Assembly (NCBI GenBank): GCA_964553765.1
Contig: CAZKLN010000002.1
Coordinates: 21,890-85,889 of the forward strand
DNA from: an uncultured Thermofilaceae archaeon
GTDB lineage: Archaea > Thermoproteota > Thermoprotei > Thermofilales > Thermofilaceae
Reading direction: 5' to 3'
DNA: 64,000 bases
A model generated the notes under the pieces. It searched no databases and had not been told where the DNA came from. It was given only the letters and a program-made list of their open reading frames with translations. Every line of letters begins with the position of its first letter. Positions within the stretch are counted from its first letter, which is position 1. Shown one piece after another: positions 55,676-64,000 of this stretch. The position numbers and the translations under genes are program-made.

Positions 55676-55699
55676 ATATACTATAAAATATTAGTATAT
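55676..55699. promoter_or_regulatory. Perfect inverted repeat ATATACTA-N8-TAGTATAT between the sugar ABC operon and trmB (candidate TrmB operator)
   Basis: Read directly: 8-bp arms and an 8-nt spacer, centred in the 65-bp divergent promoter region. Confidence 0.5.
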
Positions 55700-55735
55700 A
55701 AGTTTTCTTGTAACTATTATTTAAGTGGTGATATA

Positions 55736-56797
55736 ATGTTAGAACACGAGGAGTATTTAATCGAGCTATTAACGAGAATAGGACTGACTAAACGTGAAGC
55801 AGAAGTATATCTAGCTATATTATATAGAGGAAAAGCCTCGGCAGGAGAATTATTAGAAGCCGTAGATGTTCATCAACCCCAGCTCTATAATATCCTCTCT
55901 AGTTTATCCCGAAAAGGATTCATTCAAGTGGTTTCAGGAAGGCCAAAGATGTACATCGCTAATAATCCTCTTTCAGTTATAGAGTGTTTGCAAATAGAGC
56001 TTAACAACGTTAAGAAAACCATAAACGTGTTTTTAAATAAGGTAAAAAAAGGAGAGGAAATACCATCAGTAACTATAACCCGTAATACTACCGGTTTACT
56101 CTCTAATATGATAGACAGTGTAAAGAGATCAAAGATTGAAGTATGCGGTGAACTACCTATTTACTTGTTTGATGCGTTAAAAGAGCATATATGTAATGCC
56201 GCTGAAAAGGGAGTCAACTTTTACCTTCTAATTTTCCCTAGAATAAATAGAGAATTGATTGAATATTTCAGTTCTCTGAGTCAAAAAATATTTTTAAAGG
56301 TAACCAGGAGAGGGGATTTTGTCTTATTATCATCAGATACGGCTATGGCCGTTTATTCACGTCGTACATTCTTTAGTAAGGGAATACCTAGACTCTATAA
56401 TAATGAGATATATGGGTATATTATCAAAGAGAAGGATTTAATCTGGAGGTTATTAGATATTTATGGAAAATCCTGGAAAGGAGCTAATACTGTATTAAGA
56501 TGGGAAATATCTTCCAACTCCTACCCTAGAACATTTTTAAATTTTCTTTTAGCATTTATGGAAATAGAGGAAATTTTAAAGAAAGGATTTAAACCTAAGG
56601 TCACTGTAGAAGGTAAATTCGTTGAAAGTGGAGATCCTGTAGTAATAAAGGGAGTTGCTAATCGTACACGTATTTCAGAAAGAACTAGTACAATAATAGT
56701 AGTAACCGATGAGGGAACATATACCATAGGGGGTTTTGATGCAGAGGAGGAGGATATAGAAGCTCAAAAGATAGTTATTGAGGAGATAATTAGATGA
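55736..56797 (+). CDS. trmB: TrmB-family sugar-responsive transcriptional regulator
   Basis: N-terminal LTKREAEVYLAILYRGKASAGELLEAVDVHQPQLYNILSSLSRKGFI, plus a TrmB-like C-terminal sugar-binding domain of the right length. Confidence 0.8.
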   Translation: MLEHEEYLIELLTRIGLTKREAEVYLAILYRGKASAGELLEAVDVHQPQLYNILSSLSRKGFIQVVSGRPKMYIANNPLSVIECLQIELNNVKKTINVFLNKVKKGEEIPSVTITRNTTGLLSNMIDSVKRSKIEVCGELPIYLFDALKEHICNAAEKGVNFYLLIFPRINRELIEYFSSLSQKIFLKVTRRGDFVLLSSDTAMAVYSRRTFFSKGIPRLYNNEIYGYIIKEKDLIWRLLDIYGKSWKGANTVLRWEISSNSYPRTFLNFLLAFMEIEEILKKGFKPKVTVEGKFVESGDPVVIKGVANRTRISERTSTIIVVTDEGTYTIGGFDAEEEDIEAQKIVIEEIIR

Positions 56798-58818
56798 AAG
56801 AAAATACTATGTTAATATCTAACGGACTATTCGTAATAACGGGAAACGATGGAAATATATTAGATGATGTCCATGGATTATATGCTTATGATACTAGATT
56901 TATAAAAATATCTAAAATAAAAGTAGATAATTTATTATTAAAAAATATATACCATATGAAAATATCTTCAAAGGAGGCCTTAACCGGCTTTCTGGGAGTA
57001 AATAAAATAGGTAAAAATTGTATATTATTATTAAGAAAACAAAAATTAAACAGTGAAAAAAGATATATTGATAATATAAAAATAATAAATTTAACAAACA
57101 AAAATATAAGAATTAATCTCAAATACTTAATTAAACCTAGTTTTGATGACATATTTGAGGTTAGAGGATATCCTAGGTTCAGAGAGAGGAACATATTATT
57201 TCTTCATAGAGGAAATGAGTACAAGTTTCTTTATAACGGTATAGATAACATTATAAGAGGCTTGAAAGTAAGAATATCTAAGAAACCCAGTAAGGTCTCT
57301 AATAAAGGTGTATTTTCTTTTAACATTTATATTAAACCTAGTAGTAGTACTTTGTTAAAAGTAGAGTATAAACCTTTTATAAACCCTAAGGTGGATATAG
57401 GTTATTATAAGGAGAAACCTCAATATGATCTATTACGGGTAGGTCTTAAGGCCAATGAAGTGTATGAAAAGGTATTTGCTTCATCGTTGAACGACTTGCT
57501 TTCCTTGACATATATAACTAGTTATGGACCCATATTACTAGCAGGAATACCTAATTTTGCCTGCGTGTTTGGAAGAGATCTGATAATTTCCTCGCTATTT
57601 CTGTTATCATTTGAGCCTAAGTATGCAAAAGCAGCTCTTTTACTTCTTTCTAAACTTCAAGGGAAAAAACATGATCCTAAGAGGGATGAGGAACCCGGAA
57701 GAATATTACATGAGTTAAGAGTCGGAGAACTCTCTTGTTCCAATATGCTTCCCTTTAATCCTTACTATGGAAGTATTGATTCAACTCCGCTGTACTTAAT
57801 ACTTGCATGCGAGTACTACATGTGGACTGGTGACATAGAAACTATTAAAGAGATTAAGGATAACATCGAAGCTGCCTTAAACTGGATATATTATAAGTTA
57901 GATGAGGGAGAGGGGTTTATCAGATATGTAAAGAAAGCGAGGAGAGGACTTGATAATCAGGGATGGAAAGACTCTGGTTCGGCTATAATTGATAAAAGAG
58001 GAAAACCACTAAAGCCTCCAATAGCTTTAGTCGAGGTTCAGGGTTATACGTATAAAGCATTAAATTCTTTACTGTCAATACAGGATTACCTGAAATTAGA
58101 TGGTAAATTAATTAGGAAGGATGCTCTTAAACTTAAGGAGAGATTTAATAGGGCATACTGGTTAAATGACTTGAAATACTATGCTTTAGCTCTTGACAGG
58201 TTTAATCTTCCTTCACGTGTAGTAACCTCTAACCCGGGTCATCTACTTTTCTCAGGAATAGCTTATAAGGAGAGAGCTATAGCTGAAAGATTATTTAAGA
58301 AAGATATGTTTTCTGGATGGGGTATTAGAACTCTTAGTTCAAATGAGAATAGCTATGATCCTTTCAGCTATCATAATGGTAGCGTTTGGCCCCATGATAA
58401 TGCTATAATAGCTTTAGGGCTCTCATATACTGGTTTTAACAAATTAGCTAGTATATTATCTAACTCAATGTTCATGATGATTTATCTGATGAAAGATCAT
58501 CAAGCACCAGAGTTAGTTAGCGGTATTGATAAGGAAATGAGTAAAATTCCTGTACCTATTCCCACAGCTAATAAACCTCAAGCATGGTCAGCTGCCAGTA
58601 TATTTGCTTTTTTAACCTCAATGATTAATATGAAGCCTGATATAGAGAGAAAAAAGGTTATCCTTAAACCTTCATTACCTAAAGGATTAAAAAGTCTTAA
58701 ACTTAAAGGGATAAAGTTAGGGAACAGAGAGCTATCTTTTCAAATATTTAAAAATAGAAATGATGAATATTTGATTAAAATATTAAATTCTTCAGAGATA
58801 AAAGTTGAAATAAAGTGA
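56794..58818 (+). CDS. Amylo-alpha-1,6-glucosidase (GDE_C) family glycoside hydrolase with an (alpha/alpha)6 barrel
   Basis: FGRDLIISSLFLL, GRILHELR, YYGSIDSTPLYL, GWKDS, VEVQGYTY and YHNGSVWPHDN. Overlaps trmB by ATGA. Confidence 0.8.
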   Translation: MKENTMLISNGLFVITGNDGNILDDVHGLYAYDTRFIKISKIKVDNLLLKNIYHMKISSKEALTGFLGVNKIGKNCILLLRKQKLNSEKRYIDNIKIINLTNKNIRINLKYLIKPSFDDIFEVRGYPRFRERNILFLHRGNEYKFLYNGIDNIIRGLKVRISKKPSKVSNKGVFSFNIYIKPSSSTLLKVEYKPFINPKVDIGYYKEKPQYDLLRVGLKANEVYEKVFASSLNDLLSLTYITSYGPILLAGIPNFACVFGRDLIISSLFLLSFEPKYAKAALLLLSKLQGKKHDPKRDEEPGRILHELRVGELSCSNMLPFNPYYGSIDSTPLYLILACEYYMWTGDIETIKEIKDNIEAALNWIYYKLDEGEGFIRYVKKARRGLDNQGWKDSGSAIIDKRGKPLKPPIALVEVQGYTYKALNSLLSIQDYLKLDGKLIRKDALKLKERFNRAYWLNDLKYYALALDRFNLPSRVVTSNPGHLLFSGIAYKERAIAERLFKKDMFSGWGIRTLSSNENSYDPFSYHNGSVWPHDNAIIALGLSYTGFNKLASILSNSMFMMIYLMKDHQAPELVSGIDKEMSKIPVPIPTANKPQAWSAASIFAFLTSMINMKPDIERKKVILKPSLPKGLKSLKLKGIKLGNRELSFQIFKNRNDEYLIKILNSSEIKVEIK

Positions 58819-59640
58819 GTGAATTTTTCTTTAAAAGCAGTTTTGCTGCTACAAAACTGCGAAAGCTACATAACAGGATTTAAGTTAGGGTTAAACCCTA
58901 TATCAGTTGAGGTTATGTCTGATTTTGAGGATCTTTTGAAAGATTTAATGAAAGAGCTTAGGAAGAAAGGAACATTGAAGTCTTCCGATATATTAGCGTG
59001 GGGTGAGAGGAGAAAGCTAACTCCCTTGACTTTATATTTACTATTTGAAGAGTTAAAAGAAAACAGGGAAGTTAAGCTATCAGAGGAAAAAGAGCTTATT
59101 GACGAAAGTCTAGAGCTTTATATACCTAAAAAAGTAGAATACGTTGCCTCCTCTAGCAGCATGAGAGAAATTCCAAAGGAACGTAGTAATCTAAAGGTGA
59201 GAAAATCCTTAAGGAAAACTAAACTTAAAAGAAAAAAAGGAGTAAAAAATAGTTCTCAGGTTAACCTTGTAAACTTCCTTAAAGAAAAAGAAGAAGTAAA
59301 GGGAAAAACCAAGGATGTCTCTAAGCCTGAAGCTTCTCTTCCTGAAGATAGAGAAGTAACTCAGGAACAAGTGATTGTTATTCAAGAAGAAAGAGCTCCT
59401 AGCTTTGATGATCCTGATTTAGTTAAGGCTTTAGACTACCTATCTAAATATTGGAGTGTAGGTGAAATACGATTTATTCAGGATCTTAAGAGATTAGGAG
59501 TAAGGAATCCACGAGAAGTGATAGAAAAACTGCTCTCACATAAACTGATAAGTAGAAGTAAGCTAGGAGTTATAAATGCTGAGAAAAAGCTACTAGAGGT
59601 GTACAAGCCGAGGCCTACTTCTATAACTGATATAGTTTAA
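58819..59640 (+). CDS. Hypothetical protein with a Lys-rich linker and wHTH-like ends; start uncertain (GTG 58819 or ATG about 58915)
   Basis: No family recognised. The central segment is KVRKSLRKTKLKRKKGVKN. Confidence 0.35.
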   Translation: MNFSLKAVLLLQNCESYITGFKLGLNPISVEVMSDFEDLLKDLMKELRKKGTLKSSDILAWGERRKLTPLTLYLLFEELKENREVKLSEEKELIDESLELYIPKKVEYVASSSSMREIPKERSNLKVRKSLRKTKLKRKKGVKNSSQVNLVNFLKEKEEVKGKTKDVSKPEASLPEDREVTQEQVIVIQEERAPSFDDPDLVKALDYLSKYWSVGEIRFIQDLKRLGVRNPREVIEKLLSHKLISRSKLGVINAEKKLLEVYKPRPTSITDIV

Positions 59641-59646
59641 ACAGCT

Positions 59647-59964
59647 TTAAGAGGCGACTACGTATATTGACAGCCTTCTGTTCTTATCAACAAGCTTAAG
59701 TACTCCCTTAGACTCTAGCTCCCTGAGAACGGATTTAGCCCTGCTTATTTTAAGCCCGAATTTTGTAGCTAAGAGATAGGGGGTTACGTAGGGCATTCCC
59801 TTAATACCTTCAATTATTTGATCTATAGAGCCTTGAGTAAGCTCGCCTGAGGGTTTTAGCCTCATTTCATAGCTCCTGTCTGCCTTACCCTTTTCCCTCT
59901 CTTTCCTCTCTTTGCTCATCCTTTTCTCAAGCTGAGAGATGCTAGGTTTCTTCCTACCTCCCAA
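59647..59964 (-). CDS. rps25e: 30S ribosomal protein S25e (eS25)
   Basis: Basic N-terminus, then YVTPYLLATKFGLKISRAKSVLRELESKGVLKLV (the eS25 winged helix). Confidence 0.85.
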   Translation of the reverse strand: MGGRKKPSISQLEKRMSKERKEREKGKADRSYEMRLKPSGELTQGSIDQIIEGIKGMPYVTPYLLATKFGLKISRAKSVLRELESKGVLKLVDKNRRLSIYVVAS

Positions 59965-60041
59965 GACGCACTCACCAATAGTTAAGCTTTAGACACTTAA
60001 TTTAAGTCTTTTTGCAAGCTAAGGGATGAAGTGATGATGTT

Positions 60042-60833
60042 CTATCTTCCGAAGCGCCTGTTTCTTTTCTGATACGTTCTTATCGCCCTAAGAAGGTCTA
60101 TCTTCCTGAACTCTGGCCAATAGACATCTATTACAACTATTTCTGAGTATGCTGACTGCCATAGAAGGAAGTTACTTATTCTGAGCTCGCCACTAGTTCT
60201 TATTATCATATCTGGATAGGGGTTTGGTAGGTGAGATGTGTAAAGATACTTACTGAAAAGCTCCTCGTTTATCTCCTCTGGCATAACCTTACCATGAACC
60301 ACATCTCTAGCTAACTTTCTAGCTGCCTCGATAATTTCGTCCCTCCCTCCATAGGCAATCGCTATGTTAAGATAGCGCTCATCATATGTTCTAGTCATGT
60401 CCTCTAACTCCATTAGAAGTTTCCTTATGGTTGAGGGTAGGAGATTCAGTCTCCCTAACGCCTTTACCCTAACCTTATTCTCATGAATCCTCTTATCATC
60501 CAGTTTACTCCTTAAATGCCTCTCAATTATCTCATAAAGCTTAAGAAGCTCATGTCTACTTCTCCTGCTTATGTTCTCAGTTGATAGAATGAAGAGAGTT
60601 ACCGTCTTAACCCCTAGCTCTAGACACCAGTCTAGCACTTCATCAGCCTTTTTAGCACCTTCCTCATGCCCCATCCATGAAGGTACGTTACGTAACCTCG
60701 CCCATCTTCTATTACCGTCAAGTATGAAGGCTATATGGCTCGGTATTTCCCCGTCTTTGACCTCTCCCTCAAGCATTCTTTCATATAACTTATAAGCACC
60801 GCCTAGTCTCAGCAAAGTTCTTAGTAAGTTCAT
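60042..60833 (-). CDS. uppS: cis-Prenyltransferase (undecaprenyl/di-trans,poly-cis-polyprenyl diphosphate synthase)
   Basis: HIAFILDGNRRWA, TLFILSTEN, IRTSGELRISNFLLWQ and YQKRNRRFG. Confidence 0.95.
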   Translation of the reverse strand: MNLLRTLLRLGGAYKLYERMLEGEVKDGEIPSHIAFILDGNRRWARLRNVPSWMGHEEGAKKADEVLDWCLELGVKTVTLFILSTENISRRSRHELLKLYEIIERHLRSKLDDKRIHENKVRVKALGRLNLLPSTIRKLLMELEDMTRTYDERYLNIAIAYGGRDEIIEAARKLARDVVHGKVMPEEINEELFSKYLYTSHLPNPYPDMIIRTSGELRISNFLLWQSAYSEIVVIDVYWPEFRKIDLLRAIRTYQKRNRRFGR

Positions 60834-60891
60834 GTTCCCTTAAATAAATATAGTGAAAATGCTTAATAAACTGAGAGCTTAAGTTTAGCGA

Positions 60892-62178
60892 TCACATAGG
60901 CTTAGTGAATCCCCATTTTCCTAACGCTTCCCTCAGCTCAGGATGGTTCTCGGCATATTCCTCTAGATCAACACCGTTTAAGGCAGCATCTATAGCCTGC
61001 CTAATGGCCCTAGCCCCGCTTAAGGGACCTTCAGGGTGCCCCATGACTCCCCCACCCACCTGTATTAGTACATCTGGGCCGAAAAGATCGATCACGTAAG
61101 GTATTAACCCTGGATGAAGCCCTCCTGAGCTGACAGGCATGACAGGCTTAAGTCCCCACCAGTTCTTCCTCAGAACCCTTCTCCTTTTGCACTCCCTGTT
61201 CTTATCAAGCCTTAGTATGTCCGCTAAGGTAAGTACCTCGACTCTCTTAGACTCTAACTTACCTACAACGGTACCTACGTGTAAATGATCAACCCCTGTG
61301 AGCCTAGCTGCCTCAGCTATAACTTTCATTGAGACACCATGCTTAACGTTCCTTGTGAAGGCGGCGTGAAATGCCCTGTGAGCATGTACGGCTAACTTAA
61401 GGTCGTTGTTCTCCTCCCTAAACCCCTGGAGGGCAGACCACCCGACTGTTAGTATATCTATCATGACGAACTCTCCGCCTAGTTCCTTAACTAGCTTGGC
61501 TCTTCTCAGCATCTCCCTGTAAGGCGCGGTTATATTAGCTAAGAAGCCCTTCCTTTCACCCGTCTCGTTCTCAGCTCTGTCCCTGGCTTTAAGCACGCTC
61601 TCCACACGTTCCTTAAACTTACAGAAGTTTAAACTGGTGTTATTCTCATCGTCCTTAACTAGATCTATACCTCCTACCATTATCTCGTACGCTGTCTTAC
61701 CATATTCCTCAGGACTGAGACCTATCTTAGGTTTAGGGACTGTAGCAGTCAAAGGTCTTTTCTTAACCTTAAGTATCTCCCTAACCCCTTTCATTCCATG
61801 TAACGGACCTGGGAAGCTCTTAACGATGTCCCTAGGCCAGTAGACATCCTCAAGCCTCAGATTTCTAACAGCCTTCATTCCGAACACGTTGCCTGCTATA
61901 GCGCTAAAGACCTGTGACATGTTACCGACTTCGAACAGCTCAGGTCTATACGCTATTTTTACGTAGCTACCTTCTATCTCATAAGCCCTTGCTCTCATCT
62001 CCTTAACAAACTCTGTCATAGTTTTTACGTCAGTCCAGGTACCTACGCTGCTCTCACTAGCCACTCTTCCGGCAGCATCTTCTATCGAGAAACCCTTGGC
62101 TGGCTCTATCCTATAAAGAGCTATGAGCTCGTCGGAGGACGGGATGTAGTTTAGATCTACGAACTCCCTGTAAACCAT
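60892..62178 (-). CDS. rbcL: Ribulose-1,5-bisphosphate carboxylase/oxygenase large subunit, archaeal type III
   Basis: GTWT, GGIDLVKDDE (carbamylated Lys), HAHRAFHAAF, SSGGLHPG and GGGVMGHP. No small-subunit gene is present. Confidence 0.9.
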   Translation of the reverse strand: MVYREFVDLNYIPSSDELIALYRIEPAKGFSIEDAAGRVASESSVGTWTDVKTMTEFVKEMRARAYEIEGSYVKIAYRPELFEVGNMSQVFSAIAGNVFGMKAVRNLRLEDVYWPRDIVKSFPGPLHGMKGVREILKVKKRPLTATVPKPKIGLSPEEYGKTAYEIMVGGIDLVKDDENNTSLNFCKFKERVESVLKARDRAENETGERKGFLANITAPYREMLRRAKLVKELGGEFVMIDILTVGWSALQGFREENNDLKLAVHAHRAFHAAFTRNVKHGVSMKVIAEAARLTGVDHLHVGTVVGKLESKRVEVLTLADILRLDKNRECKRRRVLRKNWWGLKPVMPVSSGGLHPGLIPYVIDLFGPDVLIQVGGGVMGHPEGPLSGARAIRQAIDAALNGVDLEEYAENHPELREALGKWGFTKPM

Positions 62179-62199
62179 GCTTTGTAAGACTCTGATGGT

Positions 62200-62469
62200 T
62201 TAATAAAGATATGTCCTACTTCTCCGAAAGGGCTGTAAGTATACTTCCATATTTCTTAAGCTCAAGACCGTTCCTGTAAAGTAACGGTCTGACCCTCTAG
62301 CTACTCGAGGAGCAACTTCTCCCCATGAGAGAGTAGACGATGCTCTTCCTACGTAATTCACTGTTGAGTTAGCTACTATTAATATTACTCTATTAGGACC
62401 TACCCATTTCTTGAGGAGCTTGCAAGCCTCCTCTAACTCAGGGTGGTTAACTACCTCTACTTTACCCAA
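62200..62469 (-). pseudogene. NucS/EndoMS N-terminal fragment (probable relic, 89 codons)
   Basis: VEVVNHPELEEACKLLKKWVGPNRVILIVANSTVNYVGRASSTLSWGE aligns with the NucS N-terminus as I remember it (VTVITEPTVEKVKELIENAIKSKAMLVIFARCRVHYEGRAKSELGEGD). Similarity is lost after that, and there is no room for the RecB-like nuclease domain. Confidence 0.4.
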
Positions 62470-62478
62470 TGCTAAACA

Positions 62479-63435
62479 TTACCTTGCAAGCTCCTCTAGG
62501 GCCTTGAGCCTTTTAACTATGTTAGGGTGGGTTGAGAAGAGCTCTATCAAACGCTCCGCTAATGTCAGTTTCCTGTTCAGCAGCCTTCTTACACCTTCAT
62601 CTATACCGTAAGTTGAGGATAAAGCTGATGCCTCGGTCTCAGCGCTATCTGGATCAGCTATTAAAAGCTCCTTAAACCCCATTATACCTAGTTTCATCCC
62701 GGATGTCTTAAGCTTTGAGGTGGAGAGAACTATCTTAGCTAAAGCGTTCATGAGCCTCCTAGATCCTTCCCTGGGATTAGGAGCTATTTGAACGCTGAAG
62801 AAATCGGCATAGTACTCCCTAAGCCTGCTAAGGTAGAGTGTGAAAAGTGAGAGAACGTAATACGCAGCTAGGCTTATCAAGCTAATAGCTATTACGTCCC
62901 CCCTCCGCTCTTCCTCATATCCTGCAAAAAGGAAGTACCTGGAGAGTATGTAGAAGAGAGAGGGCAATACGGAGGCGAACATCATGAGCTGAACGTCCCT
63001 GTGCTTCAGATGACCTAGCTCGTGACCAAGCACAGCTTCTATCTCCTCATTGCTTAGATTGTTCAAGAGTCCTCTGGTAACCGCAACCCTTGGTCCGCTA
63101 AGAGGAGAGCCGTATGCAAAGGCATTGGGCACAGGAGTCTCAGCTATCATAAGCTTAGGCTTACGTATGCCAGCTTTAGAGCTTAGGCTTTCAAGCATTG
63201 CATGAAGCTCCCTATAACTTTCTGGGTCAGCCTCCTTTACTCCGTAAAGCCCTTCTATTATATAGGGAGCCACCAGCCATTGAGCCAAGTTAAGCGCTAT
63301 TACGAAGACTAGCAGAGAGCTAAGATTGAACGTCCCTGTTATACTCAACAGTACCGTTATCAGGAGTGTTGAAAAGCCTATGATTAAGGCTAGAGTGCCT
63401 AGCATAGCTGTCCTAAGCTTCCAGACGTTCACCAT
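62479..63435 (-). CDS. htpX: HtpX-like M48 zinc metalloprotease
   Basis: HELGHLKHRD zinc motif, 4 TM helices and PNAFAYG. Confidence 0.9.
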   Translation of the reverse strand: MVNVWKLRTAMLGTLALIIGFSTLLITVLLSITGTFNLSSLLVFVIALNLAQWLVAPYIIEGLYGVKEADPESYRELHAMLESLSSKAGIRKPKLMIAETPVPNAFAYGSPLSGPRVAVTRGLLNNLSNEEIEAVLGHELGHLKHRDVQLMMFASVLPSLFYILSRYFLFAGYEEERRGDVIAISLISLAAYYVLSLFTLYLSRLREYYADFFSVQIAPNPREGSRRLMNALAKIVLSTSKLKTSGMKLGIMGFKELLIADPDSAETEASALSSTYGIDEGVRRLLNRKLTLAERLIELFSTHPNIVKRLKALEELAR

Positions 63436-63480
63436 GTTACACCTAAGATAGGCAACAATCAGGTGTTTTAAAAGCTTACT

Positions 63481-64000
63481 CTACGATTTGTTAGTAAGCC
63501 ACTCACCCAACTTCATGAAGGCCTTAGCTCGATGAGAGAGAGCATTCTTTTCCTCAATGCTCATCTCAGCGAACGTCTTATCACAGCCTTCAGGTATGAA
63601 AATAGGGTCAAAACCAAACCCCTTGCTCCCCCTAGATTCCGTGGCTATACTTCCTTTAGTAACACCTGAGAACAGCCTCACCTCACCTGAGGGAGTAAGT
63701 ATTCCCACGACTGAGGCGAAGCTGGCTTCTCTGTCCTCCACACCCTCCATGAGCTTTAGAACACCTTCAATGCCTATAGTCTTGTAAACAAACGAGGAAT
63801 AGGGACCGGGAAAACCATTAAGCCTGTGTATAAAAAGCCCCGCATCCTCTACAACGATAGGTTCGCTCTCAGGTTTCAAGCTACGTAACGCATATCTCAC
63901 TACCTCCTCGAGACTGGCTGACTGGATCTCCACCTTACTTCTTTGAGCCTGAACAACCTCTATGTCGTATCTCGCCAACACAGCGGAGGCCTCAAGAACC
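63481..64000 (-). CDS. Non-canonical purine NTP pyrophosphatase (Ham1/RdgB/ITPase); N-terminus runs off the right edge
   Basis: EDAGLFIHRLNGFPGPYSS, GFGFDPIF and SHRAKAF. The frame stays open upstream of GTG 63981 to the window end (…VLEASAVLARYDIEVV). Confidence 0.85.
   Translation of the reverse strand, partial: VLEASAVLARYDIEVVQAQRSKVEIQSASLEEVVRYALRSLKPESEPIVVEDAGLFIHRLNGFPGPYSSFVYKTIGIEGVLKLMEGVEDREASFASVVGILTPSGEVRLFSGVTKGSIATESRGSKGFGFDPIFIPEGCDKTFAEMSIEEKNALSHRAKAFMKLGEWLTNKS

Noticed and set aside
60031-60075. GTGATGA followed 35 nt later by CTGA at the uppS 3' end
   Set aside because: No D' or C' boxes at the correct 12-nt spacing (CGAA and GCGCCTG instead). It overlaps uppS coding sequence on the other strand.

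Overview
Gene-dense chromosomal segment (roughly 90% coding) of an AT-rich hyperthermophilic archaeon. The gene content includes TFE, aMBF1, aTrm56, a class-I CCA-adding enzyme, FEN-1, Cdc48, eL37/eL18/eS25, an Sm protein, RpoD with ferredoxin-like Cys clusters, RpoN, type III RuBisCO and a Tes-like radical SAM. Together with very GC-rich tRNAs set in AT-rich DNA, this points to Crenarchaeota/Thermoprotei, probably Desulfurococcales-like. That assignment is inference, since there is no rRNA in the window. I call about 80 features:
- Three tRNAs (Lys-UUU, Ala-CGC, Gly-GCC), all with encoded CCA.
- One canonical C/D-box sRNA that is not explained by the ORF track.
- The ribosomal/RNAP cluster rpoD-rpl18e-rpl13-rps9, with an inverted tRNA-Gly/rpoN module.
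- ProRS and LeuRS.
- A cdc48-wHTH-fen-pcm-DUF371 gene string.
- A wHTH/thpR/cca/kinase operon.
- A five-gene, AT-richer glycosyltransferase operon that includes an RGP (GT75)-like gene.
- An orphan DNA-C5-methyltransferase-like gene next to a minimal SPOUT protein.
- A Tes/GDGT-MAS-like radical SAM locus.
- An archaeal histone.
- A TrmB-controlled sugar ABC transporter plus a GDE-family glycosidase.
- Type III RuBisCO.

I saw no CRISPR array, transposase, integrase or rRNA. Nothing in the window is demonstrably a new system. The most interesting leads are:
1. The wHTH-4Cys/ThpR/CCA/atypical-kinase operon, a possible tRNA 3'-end healing module.
2. The Tes locus with a coupled orphan ORF and a flippase-like protein.
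3. The C5-MTase + SPOUT pair.
4. LeuRS and an MNT whose essential motifs lie upstream of any canonical start codon.
5. The unannotated C/D sRNA.
6. A histone with terminal extensions.
7. Three decayed genes: a frameshifted HAD, a DUF3795 relic and a NucS relic.

All family assignments come from motif recognition by eye. No database search was run.
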